Assembly: GCA_977862235.1 (NCBI GenBank)
Contig: OZ374558.1
Coordinates: 3,286,001-3,350,000 of the forward strand
DNA length: 64,000 bases
DNA from: Dudresnaya verticillata
Lineage: Eukaryota
Direction: 5' to 3'
The position numbers and the translations under genes were made by a program. The notes beneath the pieces were generated by a model. It was not told where the DNA came from. It did no database searches and was given only the letters and a program-made list of their open reading frames with translations. Shown here piece by piece: positions 24,801 through 36,100 of the stretch; within the stretch, counting starts at the first letter, position 1, and each line of letters starts with the position of its first letter.

Positions 24801-25123
24801 ATGGGAAGACGGACCGTGATCTTTCCCAGACTTCTCTCCCTTGTCGCCGCGAACCTGAACACCCGGTCTGATGGCTTCGGCTTGTACTTGAAGCCGGCGA
24901 AGCGTGCGTAGGCCTTGGCTTGCTCCAACCCGCATACAGAAGTCGAAGCACCGGTATCCAGGCAGACACCCTCGAAGGGTCGTGAGCCTTCCTCTCGGCT
25001 GGAATGAACTGGCAAAATCGGTGCCTTGTCAGGGATTTGCGTGAAGTCACCTCGATTGCTTGGCGTGAGCTCATTGTGCCGGATGATGTCCGTTCGATGT
25101 ATTGCGGCGGCGTCTTTGAGCAA
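21869..25123 (-). CDS. pol: Copia pol polyprotein (protease, integrase, reverse transcriptase, RNase H)
   Basis: LDTGAS (PR); H..H..CRTC, DLM, SDSG, GERYH (IN); KARLVAQGH, DITQAYLQ, LYGL, VVDD (RT); TDAA, GE, TDSRGL, NPADAMTK (RNase H). The frame is open upstream to about 25297. Confidence 0.95.
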   Translation of the reverse strand: MLKDAAAIHRTDIIRHNELTPSNRGDFTQIPDKAPILPVHSSREEGSRPFEGVCLDTGASTSVCGLEQAKAYARFAGFKYKPKPSDRVFRFAATRERSLGKITVRLPIPRDAFVEIGVDVVRANIPLLIGLDALDAYGLYVNNVQNVLVHDKEKWGLPLTRQAGHMYYRWEKEVMFTLPELRRMHDGLYHPSVDKLYNLIKRAQPENATPEVRKLLREIAQRCRTCQFHTPKPKRFTASVPEGIVFNRTVVLDLMWIMREALLHVIDVDTHYSAARFLKGESTEDVWETFLMCWVATYTGYPDMARSDSGSIFMGKEWKKRMAQVGVAVEIVPVESSNSMGVGERYHDPLRRIYRKILMTHPGHPKEVILALANKAMNDTMGPEGLVPSLLVFGTVPRVAAATSELPDQTELIAMMQTARDEMDSITAKLRLKQVLRSRAPTSAHAILTERNPVLVWRKKAKASDSLWTGPFEVIKVEGKVITISDERGKPREFNASSVKLYTASEAESEQPEEGEPANLGDADYSNYSSEFDSGSETDNEEQDPDHTPYYSENGNDRWEDDAYSWYDSAGDQWIYLTEVLPFGDKRGREERFDKARKKELQGLEDMNTWERVSEGDLPTDANIMGSRFALAVKNVGTNEELDKARLVAQGHTDRDKYKVVHETTTLHQRSIRIIVCIAAMFGFEVWAHDITQAYLQSDSPLKRKVFLRPPPELRLPKDQLLKLLKPLYGLPDSGDYWGSTSSRHHENDLGMKPTAGDLSLYYRRVAGKLTGLSGVVVDDTLQAGTEGFFKHTRKTMERFKSKERKTTDVVFAGVRVDKTADGGFKLSQSDYARKIREMDAQSTYQNLRSVRAKLAWLTNTRPDIACSVAKLSQVTEGTFGPASIKSANKIVAHVRKTPKLGIEIPVLDPETASIIVMTDAALANNEDLSSQIGFVIVMVDGQGRANLLEYCSRKCRRVTHSSLAGEIMAFSTGFDAGYIIKHDMETITKKPVTLSMMTDSRGLFDMVTRNSYSAERRLMIDMAAIRQSYQRREIDGIAHITGATNPADAMTKVVQSPTLLDLMAGKMKVTKWVLRDTARKSDA

Positions 25124-25297
25124 TTCCGGTTCCTCCAGGTGATCGCGACCTTCGTCGGCGAGAAAGATGCCGAACTGTTCCGCAAACTGCGTTCCTGGTG
25201 GTCCCTCGTCGTCGGGACTTGCGCCTTCTTCGCCTGACTCGCCCTTTTCGTCCGCCGCAAAGCGGATACTCTCAGCGCCGTCGTTCTCTTCTGAACT

Positions 25298-26946
25298 CTA
25301 CTCGGGGTCTCGTTCTGTTCCTCGCCCAAGCGCTCCATCCAGTCCTCGCCGTACTGTATGGCGAGCTCGCCCATCAGCTCACCCATTTCTCCCACCGTGC
25401 TGGTTTCATGGATTGCCTTCAAGGCCTTTCTACCCTCGTCGCCGAAGGACTTCTTGCCCTTGCAGTTGGGACAATCGACCTGGTGGAATCCGCGAGCGCC
25501 GCACCCGTAACAGCTGCCGTTGAAGGGCTTAGAGTCACGAGGTACGTAAGGGCGGTGCTTCGGGTTCTCCATGCCATGCCCGTACATATCCCCGTAGTAG
25601 ACCCCTTTGCCGAGAGACTTGTCACCTACTCGGCTTCGAATCCTGCCCTTGTCTTTGTCGCGGAGTTCCCTTCCGCGATCCTCTTCAATGGCCTGACACC
25701 TCAGAGTCGCGTACAGGCGTGCGAAGTCGAGCTCGTGGGCGCGCGCGTTGGTTCCCCTGGTCCACTTGTACGAACGGACGGCATTTTTCAGCCAGCGACG
25801 TTGGTCCTCGTCCGTCCTCCTCTCCCTCGGGACCAGATTGACGTGTTTGACTATTTCGTCGCGCACGCTATTCAGCCCTTGGACTAGTGAGCCTTTCTCT
25901 TTCGCGGACTCGTACATCGACAACGCCACCATCGACAACGACTCCAAATACTCGAGAGTGGCTTCCTGCATTTCCCGTCCGTGAAAGGTCCGCGTCATGA
26001 AGTCGTTAACTTCCTCGCAAGTCTTGAAAAAATGCGGGTCGGACTGTACCTTCCTCCTGTAGTCCGTCTTGGCCTGCCCTGCGAGAATGTTTTCAATATT
26101 GACGAGGGCTACACGCTCCGGGACACCCCATTGTGTGACACAGTTCATGAATGTCCCGTAAATCTCCTCCCAATTCTCTCCGTCGTCCCCACCAAACTTG
26201 TCCGCCCGATCTTTGAAACGGGTGGCCAGCTTGCTGAGGATGGCGATGGCATGGGTCGACACGCCTCTCGGACCACCTTGCTGATCGAAGATGGGTTGGG
26301 AATGCGTACCCTGTCGGTTGGGGAAAGGGTGCTGAGACGTACCGTGACGCTGCGCCTGAGCGTTGCGACGGTGCAAGGGAATGAACGGCTGGTCCATGTC
26401 TTGAGCACGCTCAGGGGAAGAACCAATCCCGTACTACCCTTGATGGTATGGAGCGAAGCGAGGATGGTGGTCTGCGTTCCCTGATTCTGCCGGTTCACCG
26501 CTCCCAAATGTCCTGGTTCTTACCGACGATTGCCCGCTGTTTGCATTCTGGCTCCCATGAGAGGGTAAGTGATCCGAACTTCCGGCGTCTGACCCGTCTC
26601 GAAGCCCCTCACTTGCTGGCGGACCGCCCCTTACAAAGCCAGTGCGGCGCGACGATACCGTTTTTATCCCCTCTTCGACAACTTCACGTGCAAGGACGAG
26701 GGCATCTTGGCGCGATTGCTCATCGCCATAGAAAGCTGCCAGTGCACGCTTTATTTGTAAGCCCCCTCGCTTTGCAATGGCCGCACCCCGCGCGTACAGT
26801 AGATCCCTGAGCTCCTTGTAAATCAGCGGAGCATTGGATCCGTTGATGACCTCGTGCGATAAGAGAGTTTCTGGGGGGCGTAGGCCTGTGAAAACATCCC
26901 GTATGTCTTGCCCTTGTTTTCCCTGGTCGATGGCGTTTTCATCCAC
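25298..26946 (-). pseudogene. gag: Copia gag, interrupted
   Basis: ORFs 26434-26946 and 24769-26397 share a frame and are separated by one TAG (26434-26436). Zinc knuckle CYGCGARGFHQVDC. The frame shifts relative to pol near 25300. Confidence 0.8.
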
Positions 26947-27198
26947 TTTAATACATACGCTTGCTTCTCACATGAAGTATCAGGCCTCCAGTCCACGCTT
27001 CCCACCGTGCGAAACAGTAGCGGGGAGCTAGGCCCGGTTACTTTCTCATATACGTCTCCAGTTGGGTTGCTGTCCGGCTGTGCCGCCCCCGAATTGCGAG
27101 GCGATGTGCTGTCGACTTGCTCTTCCTATGCGCGGTCTTCAGCTGACGACATCTGCTTGGTATACAGTCCAAGGAGCGTCAGCTGACAAATTCCGGAA

Positions 27199-27745
27199 TG
27201 TGGTCGGACTGAATCTCCCAATAGGCCGAAAGCAGGCACGCCGCAAATGTGATGCACCGATCGTTGGGAAGTAGAAAGTTCTCTTCTAAGCTAGGAGGGG
27301 TCTTGTTAACAGAAAACGATTTTTGCTTTGTCGCGATGCCCCCTCTCTTCGTTCGCACACTCCAGACGCCTCTTGCGTTGCAGTGCAGAACAACTGAGAA
27401 GATAAAACAAACGCGTAACTAAAAACAAACCAGTAGAGCTACGAGTGCCGGCTTGCTGATATACTATTTGTCCAGCCCGACCCCACCTGGGGCTTGCAGC
27501 GCCGCTGCATTCATTAGTTCCGTTCGCGCCCTTTGGTCGCGTGTGCGTCCAACACAAAGTCAGTACAAAAACGTACTTTGAGTATCCCGTGAGCCCCCCT
27601 CGCGCGACAGTGCGCGCTCTCCCTTCAAATGCATGTCGTGGTATTTTTCGTGCCCTTTCGAACCCCACTGGTCCTCGCGTACTGTTCCCTGTGCCCCGTG
27701 GGGTCCTCTCGATCGGGCAGCCCTATGGGGCTGCGGTCCACAACA
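27199..27745 (-). repeat. 5' LTR (547 bp)
   Basis: Direct repeat of 21107-21652, followed on the + strand by the TSD GTTTC. Confidence 0.96.
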
Positions 27746-29418
27746 GTTTCAATCTTGTACTGGCGGAAGCCAATCTGGCCTCCTCACCATTAATCAGAAA
27801 GAAGTAAGAATGGCTTTAGTGTTCCAAAAAATGAGGAAAATACGAACGCATCGATAATCACGGGGCGAGATCTGCCCTCGTGAAGGAGTAATTGTTTCTT
27901 GTGGCAGTCTGATGAAGCACTTGTGTTAACAACTCATCAAACATTGCTTCGTTGTACCTATAGATTTCTGAAGGTGTACCATCACTCTAAACGTCTGGAG
28001 TGTGGGAGCTGAACAATATCATATTGCGACGGGCGTAGATCATTGGATATGACCTGGGGAGGTCATTCGAATAAGGTGTCTTAAAACGCATGCATGGATA
28101 TATGTAGCACGGTAGAGCCCTGCATTGGCAACCGTGTCGGCAAGAACTGTGTGACTGCAGGGGATTGGCTGTGACAGCAGTACAATCGCGACAAGCAAGC
28201 TGAGCGTGCAGACATCAAAGGTGTCAGAAAGCAACGTAACACTTTTTCTTGGCATGTATTGAAACTCAATTGGATCGCATATCGGACGCAGCGAGATTCC
28301 ACAAAATGTGGCATTGTCGCAGACGTTTTGTCAAGAAGTTTTTCTTTCATGAGCTCCCATTCGGTGGCACTGGCGATGGAGAGACGCCTATCGCGGACAG
28401 ATGAATACGTTGCGCTGTTCTCCACCATTCAGAACACTTCCAATACCAGCTTTAAAATGTTCTGCCGTTAGGGTCCGTTTACCTCAAATCATCTCATTAT
28501 TATAAAAGAGTGTGGGGGTCAAATGCCCGGATGGTAGGGAGAAACACCCGGAAGCTAAATCGGCGGCCTGTGTGAGTCAGCCGCAAAAACCACTGTATTT
28601 ATGGTTAGTCGCGGTTGTACCCGAATATATTGTGATACATGAAGCTCTGGTATAGGCTATTTGTTCAGGCTGTACCCTGAAGAGCATGTTCCTACAACGA
28701 AACTGGGCAATACTATGTACATAAATAACTTTTGAAAAGTACCTTACCTACGACACTCCATGCTTCTAATCCTTTTAAAACCTGCTTGTGTTTCTGACAA
28801 AGGATTTGCATCAAGAATCATAGTGCACGTGATGATAATGACAATGTATAACCAGATAGAAAGCGGATTGTCAATGATACACACGCATTTCATAGTATAC
28901 ACATTGAGTTGCACAGCAGCGCACATTTTTTTGCCTTGTGTATCCGAGTTGTGTTATCGACTTATTCCTTTGCGATCTCAGAACTGACACCTTTCCATCC
29001 TAGGGTAAAAGGAAAAACTTTTATGGCCATGTGCTACAATGCAATCGCTGCAGAATTGCAGTACAAGGTAATTGCAATAACAAAATCCGTGGAGATGCAC
29101 TGCAGTTAAGCACAACTTCACTCTCTGCAACAGAACTTGCCTACATGAAAACACACAGCGTTGGAAAACGGGTGCAATCCTATAGAGCCCAAAGATCAAG
29201 TGACAAGGATCCAAAACGTCCACAGATTGAGCTTCAACACGAGCAACATATGTTCTATGCTCTGCCAATAGACATTGAACATTGAACATTGACAGCGCTT
29301 CTAACCTATTCAGGAGTCCAGTGTCTAGAATCATCTCAGAAGAACTCGAGTATGGAGATGAGAACAATGGGCTGATCAAACGGTTAGCTCAGCACGGAGT
29401 GAGTCAGAAAAGAATTAG

Positions 29419-29425
29419 TATAAAA
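29419..29425 (+). promoter_or_regulatory. TATA box of member 4
   Basis: TATAAAA about 113 bp upstream of ATG 29532. Confidence 0.7.
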
Positions 29426-29531
29426 GGCGAACGAGGGTGTCGGTAAGCTTGAGTACCATCCCACTTGACAAAAACGGCAATCGGACACCTTTGCACTCCA
29501 TTTTCAGTCACACGGTCTACCAAAATTCAAA

Positions 29532-29915
29532 ATGAAGTTTCCCGTTGTCATTACCATAGCAACTCTTCTGGTTCTCGCGAAGGCGCAGGATGCAGTGTCG
29601 GTTGACGATATATCGACTCTGAACCGTGCCAAGAACTGTGTGAAGGTCATTGCCACTGGTTCAATCACTACCTCTACCAAGGGTTGTAAGCCTGGTCGCA
29701 TCAGGCCCACGATCCAGTTCAGCATCCTCCTTGGAGACCTCCGCGTCAAGAAGAAGACAAAGCTCAAGTGCAACAAACCGAAGCGTGCCAACCGCTCTGC
29801 GGGCCGTATCGTCAAGTGCGTGAAGACGTTCTCTAAAAGGTGTCGCTGTGAGCCGAAGATTAACAAGGCCTGTGTTCTGGACAATATCGCTACCTGCGCT
29901 CCTCAGGCAGGCTAA
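29532..29915 (+). CDS. Secreted cationic 8-Cys protein, family member 4 (subtype B), 127 aa
   Basis: Signal peptide MKFPVVITIATLLVLAKA; CVKV...CKPG...LKC...IVKC...KRCRC...C...CAPQAG. Confidence 0.92.
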   Translation: MKFPVVITIATLLVLAKAQDAVSVDDISTLNRAKNCVKVIATGSITTSTKGCKPGRIRPTIQFSILLGDLRVKKKTKLKCNKPKRANRSAGRIVKCVKTFSKRCRCEPKINKACVLDNIATCAPQAG

Positions 29916-30434
29916 ATACTCCAGTGCAGTTCACAACACGTTCTCTTATAATAGATACTGATAGATAGTATAGTCTCTTCGTGGGTATTCTTTGAATGTT
30001 TCTGGACATCCTCGAGAGACATTGCCTCTTATCAAACCATAAGATAAATTCTTTGCATTACCGCCTTTTCGCTCTTCAGTAGTTGGTGATAGTTAATGAT
30101 CACCAAACTGTCTTGTCAGCTTGCCAGTATGATTTACCGTTAAGAATGGAGCTTCCTTGCAGCTGAGATTCAAATCATCGCCGCATGTTGCAGTCAGATG
30201 AGGTATCGCTGCCCATTCGAGACTGCTTGAACAGCTTTAGAACAACTTGTAGACGAAACATAACACACGAGAGCATTGCTTTGGCTTTCCCGTGCAAGCG
30301 AAGACGGCCGAATCTTGGTCGCAGAAACGTAGAGCAATATAGAGCCGCATTATATTGCAGCGTGTGACAGGAACATTAGTTTCAGAAGCTCTTTGAAAAA
30401 TGAGATGGAGACCTTTAGGCATCGGAAAGACTAT

Positions 30435-31156
30435 AGCCCCGTAAGGGGGCTTAACTAAAACTCATCTGAAAGGCGACGGTCGAAGAATGAACGGCGGTTA
30501 ACAGCCACCGCGACAGATTGAACTACAAGAGAGATGAGGTGGATGAGAAGAGATAGGTTCTCAGCTATCGGCGAAGTACCCTTCATAGTAGCTAGGAAAT
30601 TCGCCACACGCTGAGCACCTCGATCGAACCCTGAACCAATGGAACCATAGATGTCCATCACCATAGGATGAGAGCGAGGCGTATGGGACATTGTAGTTGG
30701 ATGGTGCGGGCTCACCACAGAGACATCAGACACTTGTGGGAGGGGGCCAAACGCATGGTCATCCACATTGAGATCCATACGAAGATGGTCACGCCTGTCT
30801 TCTTCAAAACGGTCTTCAGCATGGTGTAATTGACCAGCATCGCGACGCCTTTCTGACGCAGTGAGTGCAGAAGACGCCACAAATCGGGAATCCCCAGTCT
30901 CCTCTAGGTAAGAAAAGCTACGTTCAAGCTGACCAGTAACGCCATGGTTCCGAGCAGTATTACGAAAGAAAGCCCCAAGTTGATTTCGGAGGGTATTATG
31001 GCCGCGAATGCTGCCATTTCCAGATGAACAGATTGTGGTATGATGTCCAAAGATATCAAGGATTGGAACTGTAGCGGATGTGCCATAGAGAAAAGCAGGA
31101 CATGGGCGATACGAATAAATCGTGCCCACTAGTTTCAGCCTTGCTTCGTGTGTCAA
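30435..31156 (-). mobile_element. 5'-truncated, degenerate CRE-like non-LTR fragment (Zn knuckle and RLE C-terminus)
   Basis: LDIFGHHTTIC...IRGHNTLRN...RMD...DVSVVSP...MDIYGSIG...AVAVNRR aligns with the C-terminus of ORF 18120-20972; GC hairpin just after the stop. Confidence 0.85.
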
Positions 31157-33306
31157 GAGTTTCGAACAGAGTGCGAAGCAGGCCCCGAAAAAACACTAAG
31201 AAGAAATATTGGTTGAAAATGCGGTAGGGGCAAGGGAAAACACGTGGTAGGTCTGATGAGAGCGGGTATATGTAAGAAAATATGGTAGCGAACGCCAGGA
31301 GCAGGGTAGCGGGAGTTGGGTACCTCTTAATTATAGAGGATTGGTGTCAAGCTATTTATTTCAGGTCGAGGTCGCTAGATATAGGCTATGGATAGTATAG
31401 AAATGATAACGACACTGAGTCACGCCTTGAAACGGAGACGGCATCAGATACAAAGAAGATATCTGTGTATGTGATTATTCAAACTCGCAAAGGCCCATCC
31501 CTTGGGATTTCCAACGGCTTTGTCCGATAGGCCATCAATCTAAAACAGCAAAGCTCTCGCCAAGTGAGGTCGAAGACAGTTTCGTACTTGTCGACGACTA
31601 CAACGAGACTTGTCAGATTCACTTTTACCACTCTTTGAAAATCTACGAAGGTTATCCACGTAGTTTAAAGTTCTTTTTACTGAAGGAAGCTGATCTGGCT
31701 TCCACACCATCACAAAAGTTTGAAAACTGACTCGAGAAAGGATCTAGCCCTCCGATCGCGATGTATGTTCTAGTTGGAACTTAATCACCATACTATTCAA
31801 CAATGCGAGAACAACATAACCAGCGAAATAGGGCACGTAGCGTATCTTCATTACGTAGTTGCACAGGAAGAGTCTGAATGTTCAGGAAGAGAAGCGCAAA
31901 GAACTACAAGAAAATCACGCTAATGACGATGTCATATTTTCTCTCCCAGGAATCCTTCTGAAACACCTCTTTGTGGCACTCGCCTCAAGGAAGAAACAAT
32001 GTTTCTTTCCTGAATTGCAGGTGAGTTACAGCGCGTCGCTAATAAAACTACTCAAAAGAGCAGAAACTGCAATCACGGAGGGGCGTTTTCTTCAATCACT
32101 GTCTCCAATCTAAACCAAGGAAGCACTGTTACTAAAATGCATGAGCAGAACAACATGGCCAGGCTCAAGAGCACGAACGGCATTAGCAATCCATTTCTGA
32201 GTGTGCCGTCAACAGTAGACTCGATTGAGTCGAATTCGCCCCGACAAGGAGCACAAAAATTGCCAGCGGGCAGACTCCGGTACAAAGTCAGAAGAACAGG
32301 TCATTTTTGAAGTCGCTGTAGAGCCGCTCACTTCGATCACGCAACACTTGCTGCCTTGGGCTTTGTATAGTTTACGTGTCCAAGGTTCAGCAATGTGCCA
32401 CGAGAGCTCGGTTATTCGAAACATTGCCCGGCAGGACTCCTGCCGCAGGAGGAATTAGTTGCGACCGTCCTAGCCGAAGTTGCGGTAGACGGTAGTCAAC
32501 GTACGCATTGAAGCAATTCAACACGGTACGACGGAGTAACGTTGCCGATACAGCATGCTGCATGGACACGAAACACCTCACCTGCCATGCACCGGCGGCC
32601 ACTATAGTCGTCTAATTGGCTTCCACAAGCTCTAAATCTGCTTATTTTTCATCTGCCATCGATGATTTCATGCTCGACAATAGCATCACCCTCAAACACA
32701 CTTCCGAACATGTTGAAGTCGGCATGTTGGCTCTATCGTTCTCGATACAACTGTGGAGTCGCAAAACTTGAACATGAAGTGATGGCGAGCGAATAGAGGC
32801 TACAGCAGTGACTGTAATATGTCACGTAAAATGCGAACAACGCACAACATTGTGTTGGTTGCCCAGCCTGCTAAGAATTTACAATGAACAATATCTATAC
32901 CTAAACCACTGGCTGGATCCTCTTAACAAAAGCCGTTGGCAACAGTTTTCTCGAACTGTTATGGCAGTTCATGTCGCAACCCCCATTGTTTCGATACGCC
33001 CGTGGCAGGGACCACTGCACTGAGAATGCATTGCATAAAGGATCAACTTTTAGACTCAGCCAGTGGCTGACTAGTTTTGGACAATTCGCCCAACAAATGA
33101 GTCCTTGTTCACATTCAGACCTTGTTGACACTGACGCAGCAATATCTTCGTCCTGCAAAACAAATCCAGTATGTCATGTCGGACACCGCGCTTTGACGTG
33201 AATCTTCCTCGTTCGCTCCGTTCTTCGAGGTTCGGACTATGAACCTTCTCCATACCTACAAGTAGCAGCTGCTACGTTGAATGCCCAGAGAGAATCTCTT
33301 GAACGA

Positions 33307-33312
33307 TATAAA
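33307..33312 (+). promoter_or_regulatory. TATA box of member 5
   Basis: TATAAA about 97 bp upstream of ATG 33404 and inside the longer predicted ORF, supporting the downstream start. Confidence 0.6.
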
Positions 33313-33403
33313 GGTAAGCCTCATAGCGTGTTTCGGAAGAACGCCCATAGAACCAAAACTGAATTCATCGCAAGTTCAAGGAGACAGTGAGACTTTGGAA
33401 AAC

Positions 33404-33919
33404 ATGGCTCTGTTAAGAGGGTGCCAAGTGAAGCTTCTACCTGTTGTCTTCGTTGTACTCTTTCTATCAATTGCAACGGCAACGCATGTGGGACCCCAAG
33501 GCTCAGGAAGTCGAAATCTGGTTCCGGCACATTTACGCTCCTCGGTTAGTGGGAAGAAGCAGTGTGGGAAGTTCACCTTCAAAGCAACACAGTCGTCAAA
33601 GCCTTGTTTCTCGCGAAAATCGAAATTCGCTCCGGTCAGGCTCTCTATCTCTTACTACATTCATGGGTTTCCGATTTGGGACTGGCTGAGAGTAATTCTT
33701 CGTTGCCGTTTTCCAAAACATGCTCGTAGAGTTGCCCGAGTAATTACAAAATGCTCCAAGCGAACCGTCAGAAGATGCCGCTGCTTTCCTGCTGCTTTTC
33801 GCAGGGGTTGCATCACAAAGGGTGTTAAGAGATGTGCCCGTCGCGAAACATTTGAAGTCGTTTCGGTCATGACCACCACTGGAAAGCCTTCTGCCACACC
33901 GTCTCCTACATCTATTTGA
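33404..33919 (+). CDS. Secreted cationic 8-Cys protein, divergent member 5 (subtype D), 171 aa
   Basis: Hydrophobic leader LLPVVFVVLFLSIATA; Cys spacing x13-x32-x15-x7-CRC-x8-x7-CA conserved; Ser/Thr/Pro tail. Confidence 0.85.
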   Translation: MALLRGCQVKLLPVVFVVLFLSIATATHVGPQGSGSRNLVPAHLRSSVSGKKQCGKFTFKATQSSKPCFSRKSKFAPVRLSISYYIHGFPIWDWLRVILRCRFPKHARRVARVITKCSKRTVRRCRCFPAAFRRGCITKGVKRCARRETFEVVSVMTTTGKPSATPSPTSI

Positions 33920-35571
33920 CAACTGTTCAGGCTTCCCACAAAGCTGATGGATAAGAACGTTAGATAGAAAATACTAGGGAGGGTAGTGAGTACAAATGGA
34001 AATAGTCAGATTATGAATGCGTCCCATGGTACAGTAATGAACCTTGTCAACTCATTCTATGGCAGTTCCAAAACAGGCAAGAATATTGTTCAGAACGTTA
34101 TGACCCGAGTAGATCATTTCCAAGGCGCCTTAACAACGAGCTTCTCGTTGTTCTTCAAACTAACGCATTCCTCAGCCCCTACCAAGAATGCAAAACCTGA
34201 AGCACCGAAAACCCTTCATCATCATCGTCATCACAACTTCATTGTAGCAAGGCTAACAACTTGGGTTGTTGGTGACGTGGTATATGGCGGATGCAGGACG
34301 AAATAGATGATATTCGTTGACCGACCTAGATTCCTCATTGAATCATGATCGAAGCTATGATCATTGAAGCTGTATGGAAATGATAGTAGCTGCAGAGTGG
34401 TATTAAACATTTCGACATAGTCGCAGAGTGATACTCAATAGATAGTGCCCATGGCCGACTCCTTGGCATTATCCTCATCCTTTCTGAAGAAGCGCCTGTT
34501 CTGAGATTTCCATAACGGTGCCCGACATGGGGCCACGTTACCGGACTCGCCTTCTCCTCCCACTTTCTCTTGTGCTTAGGCCTTATCCGTACTCTTCAGC
34601 ATTAATCGCTGTGGTCTTGACCACACGGCCAGCGTAATCGTTGTAATACACGGTGGAAACGCTTGAGAGGAAATTTTCATTACAAATACTTGGCTCATAA
34701 AGATATATTTGTGGCTGAATTCTATTCAGTATAATCCGAAAAAGCTGCCTAAAATGGTGTATGCATCTAAACCCGGAAATGGTGAGCTCTTTGTTCAATC
34801 TTAACCCTACCTAAAACCTTTTCGCTGCCGGAGCATTCGCATTTTCCCGATTGTTTCGGAACTTTGTAAAACAATGACTCGTCTGTTTTAGATTGGGAGG
34901 AACTAGAGTTGAGCAAAGATTGCATTTGAGAGAGACAAATTTAGTGAAGTTATCTGGCTCACCCCAATGAATCCGGAACTTGATCCGATTCATAAGGACA
35001 GAGGCACTGGCTTTCGTCCCGACTACAGTTGGGAAACCTGAGAGAGAGAGAGAGAGACCTCTATTAAACTTGCACCGGAACACGTCCAAGGATTGTTTCG
35101 TCGCAGAGTTCCGGGTTCATTGTGGTGAGCCACTCAAACCACACCGCTAGTGTTGAGGATAAATTGATCCTTGCTCTATGATGATATCGAGGGGCATACA
35201 GGAAAGTATGCTCGTCGCTATTAGAATGAAAGAATGTCTGTCGACCGGGATGAAACGCAGAAACTTTTCTTCGATCGGGTACAGTCCGACTCCAGCTGCC
35301 ATACTTCGAATTATTACTCGGCTATCGGCAACAGCTAATAAACAACGACAGGTAAGGCACCTATTCTTCAATTTTCACAAGCCCAGAAGAGCCAAGCTCT
35401 TTACTAAGTAGCCCAGATTTGATCTAAGCTAGAGATCCTATAACCAGGCCTGCTGCAAATGCCACACACAGGCTCATATGCCGGAATGTTGCCATCTGGA
35501 TTTTGGGCAGCACTACTAATGGAAAGATCCTACTGAAGTGACCACGGTTTCTACCAAGCTAGCTAATTGAC

Positions 35572-35976
35572 TTAGAGAACCTTGACAGCATTGCGGCCGG
35601 CGCAGATCCTGACCTGATTCTCGATACAGAACCTCTTACGCTCATCACGAAGGCAGCGGCACCTCTTGAGGAACAACTTCTTGCACTTAATGATCCTCTT
35701 GGCCAACTTCTTAGCGTCCTTCTTATTGCGGCAGTCGATCGTGATCTTGAGCGCAACTGGACCGACAGGGGGCACAGTCACAGTACATGTGATCATGGTG
35801 ATTACTTTTTTCTTGCCGCAGCTCTGCACCATCTGGTTCGTCACGTGAGTGACCTTCACACACTTCCTCTTGCGTTCTGCGACCTGTAGCATATCATTTT
35901 CATTTGGAGCAACCAACGGCTCTGCCAGAACAATCGCAACCAGTCCCAAGAAGAATAGGATCGAGTTCAGCTTCAT
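35572..35976 (-). CDS. Secreted cationic 8(+1)-Cys protein, member 6 (subtype C), 134 aa
   Basis: Start at ATG 35976 (MKLNSILFFLGLVAIVLA); family Cys frame plus an extra Cys in TMITC; close paralogue of 44247-44666. Confidence 0.93.
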   Translation of the reverse strand: MKLNSILFFLGLVAIVLAEPLVAPNENDMLQVAERKRKCVKVTHVTNQMVQSCGKKKVITMITCTVTVPPVGPVALKITIDCRNKKDAKKLAKRIIKCKKLFLKRCRCLRDERKRFCIENQVRICAGRNAVKVL

Positions 35977-36092
35977 ATTGTGTGAGTGTTTTGTTTGTCG
36001 AAAGTCGTAACTCAGGATGGTGTGATTGTGCAAGATGTGTGAGAGGCTGGGTAGGGGATTAAGAGAAAGGAGGATGCTGTCCTCAAACGAAG

Positions 36093-36100
36093 TTTATATA
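36093..36100 (-). promoter_or_regulatory. TATA box of member 6
   Basis: TATATAAA about 120 bp upstream of the ATG. Confidence 0.7.

Larger units (their letters stand above)
21107..27745 (-). mobile_element. Ty1/copia LTR retrotransposon (possibly GalEa-like), full length
   Basis: Two about 546-bp LTRs with TG...CA ends; 5-bp TSD GTTTC (21102-21106 / 27746-27750); domain order gag-PR-IN-RT-RNaseH. Confidence 0.96.
28985..31712 (+). repeat. Segmental duplication, copy B (contains member 4 and the empty sites for both large TEs)
   Basis: Aligns with 15110-16436, 16540-16573, 21022-21106 and 27751-27790; interrupted by its own CRE fragment. Ends are approximate. Confidence 0.78.
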
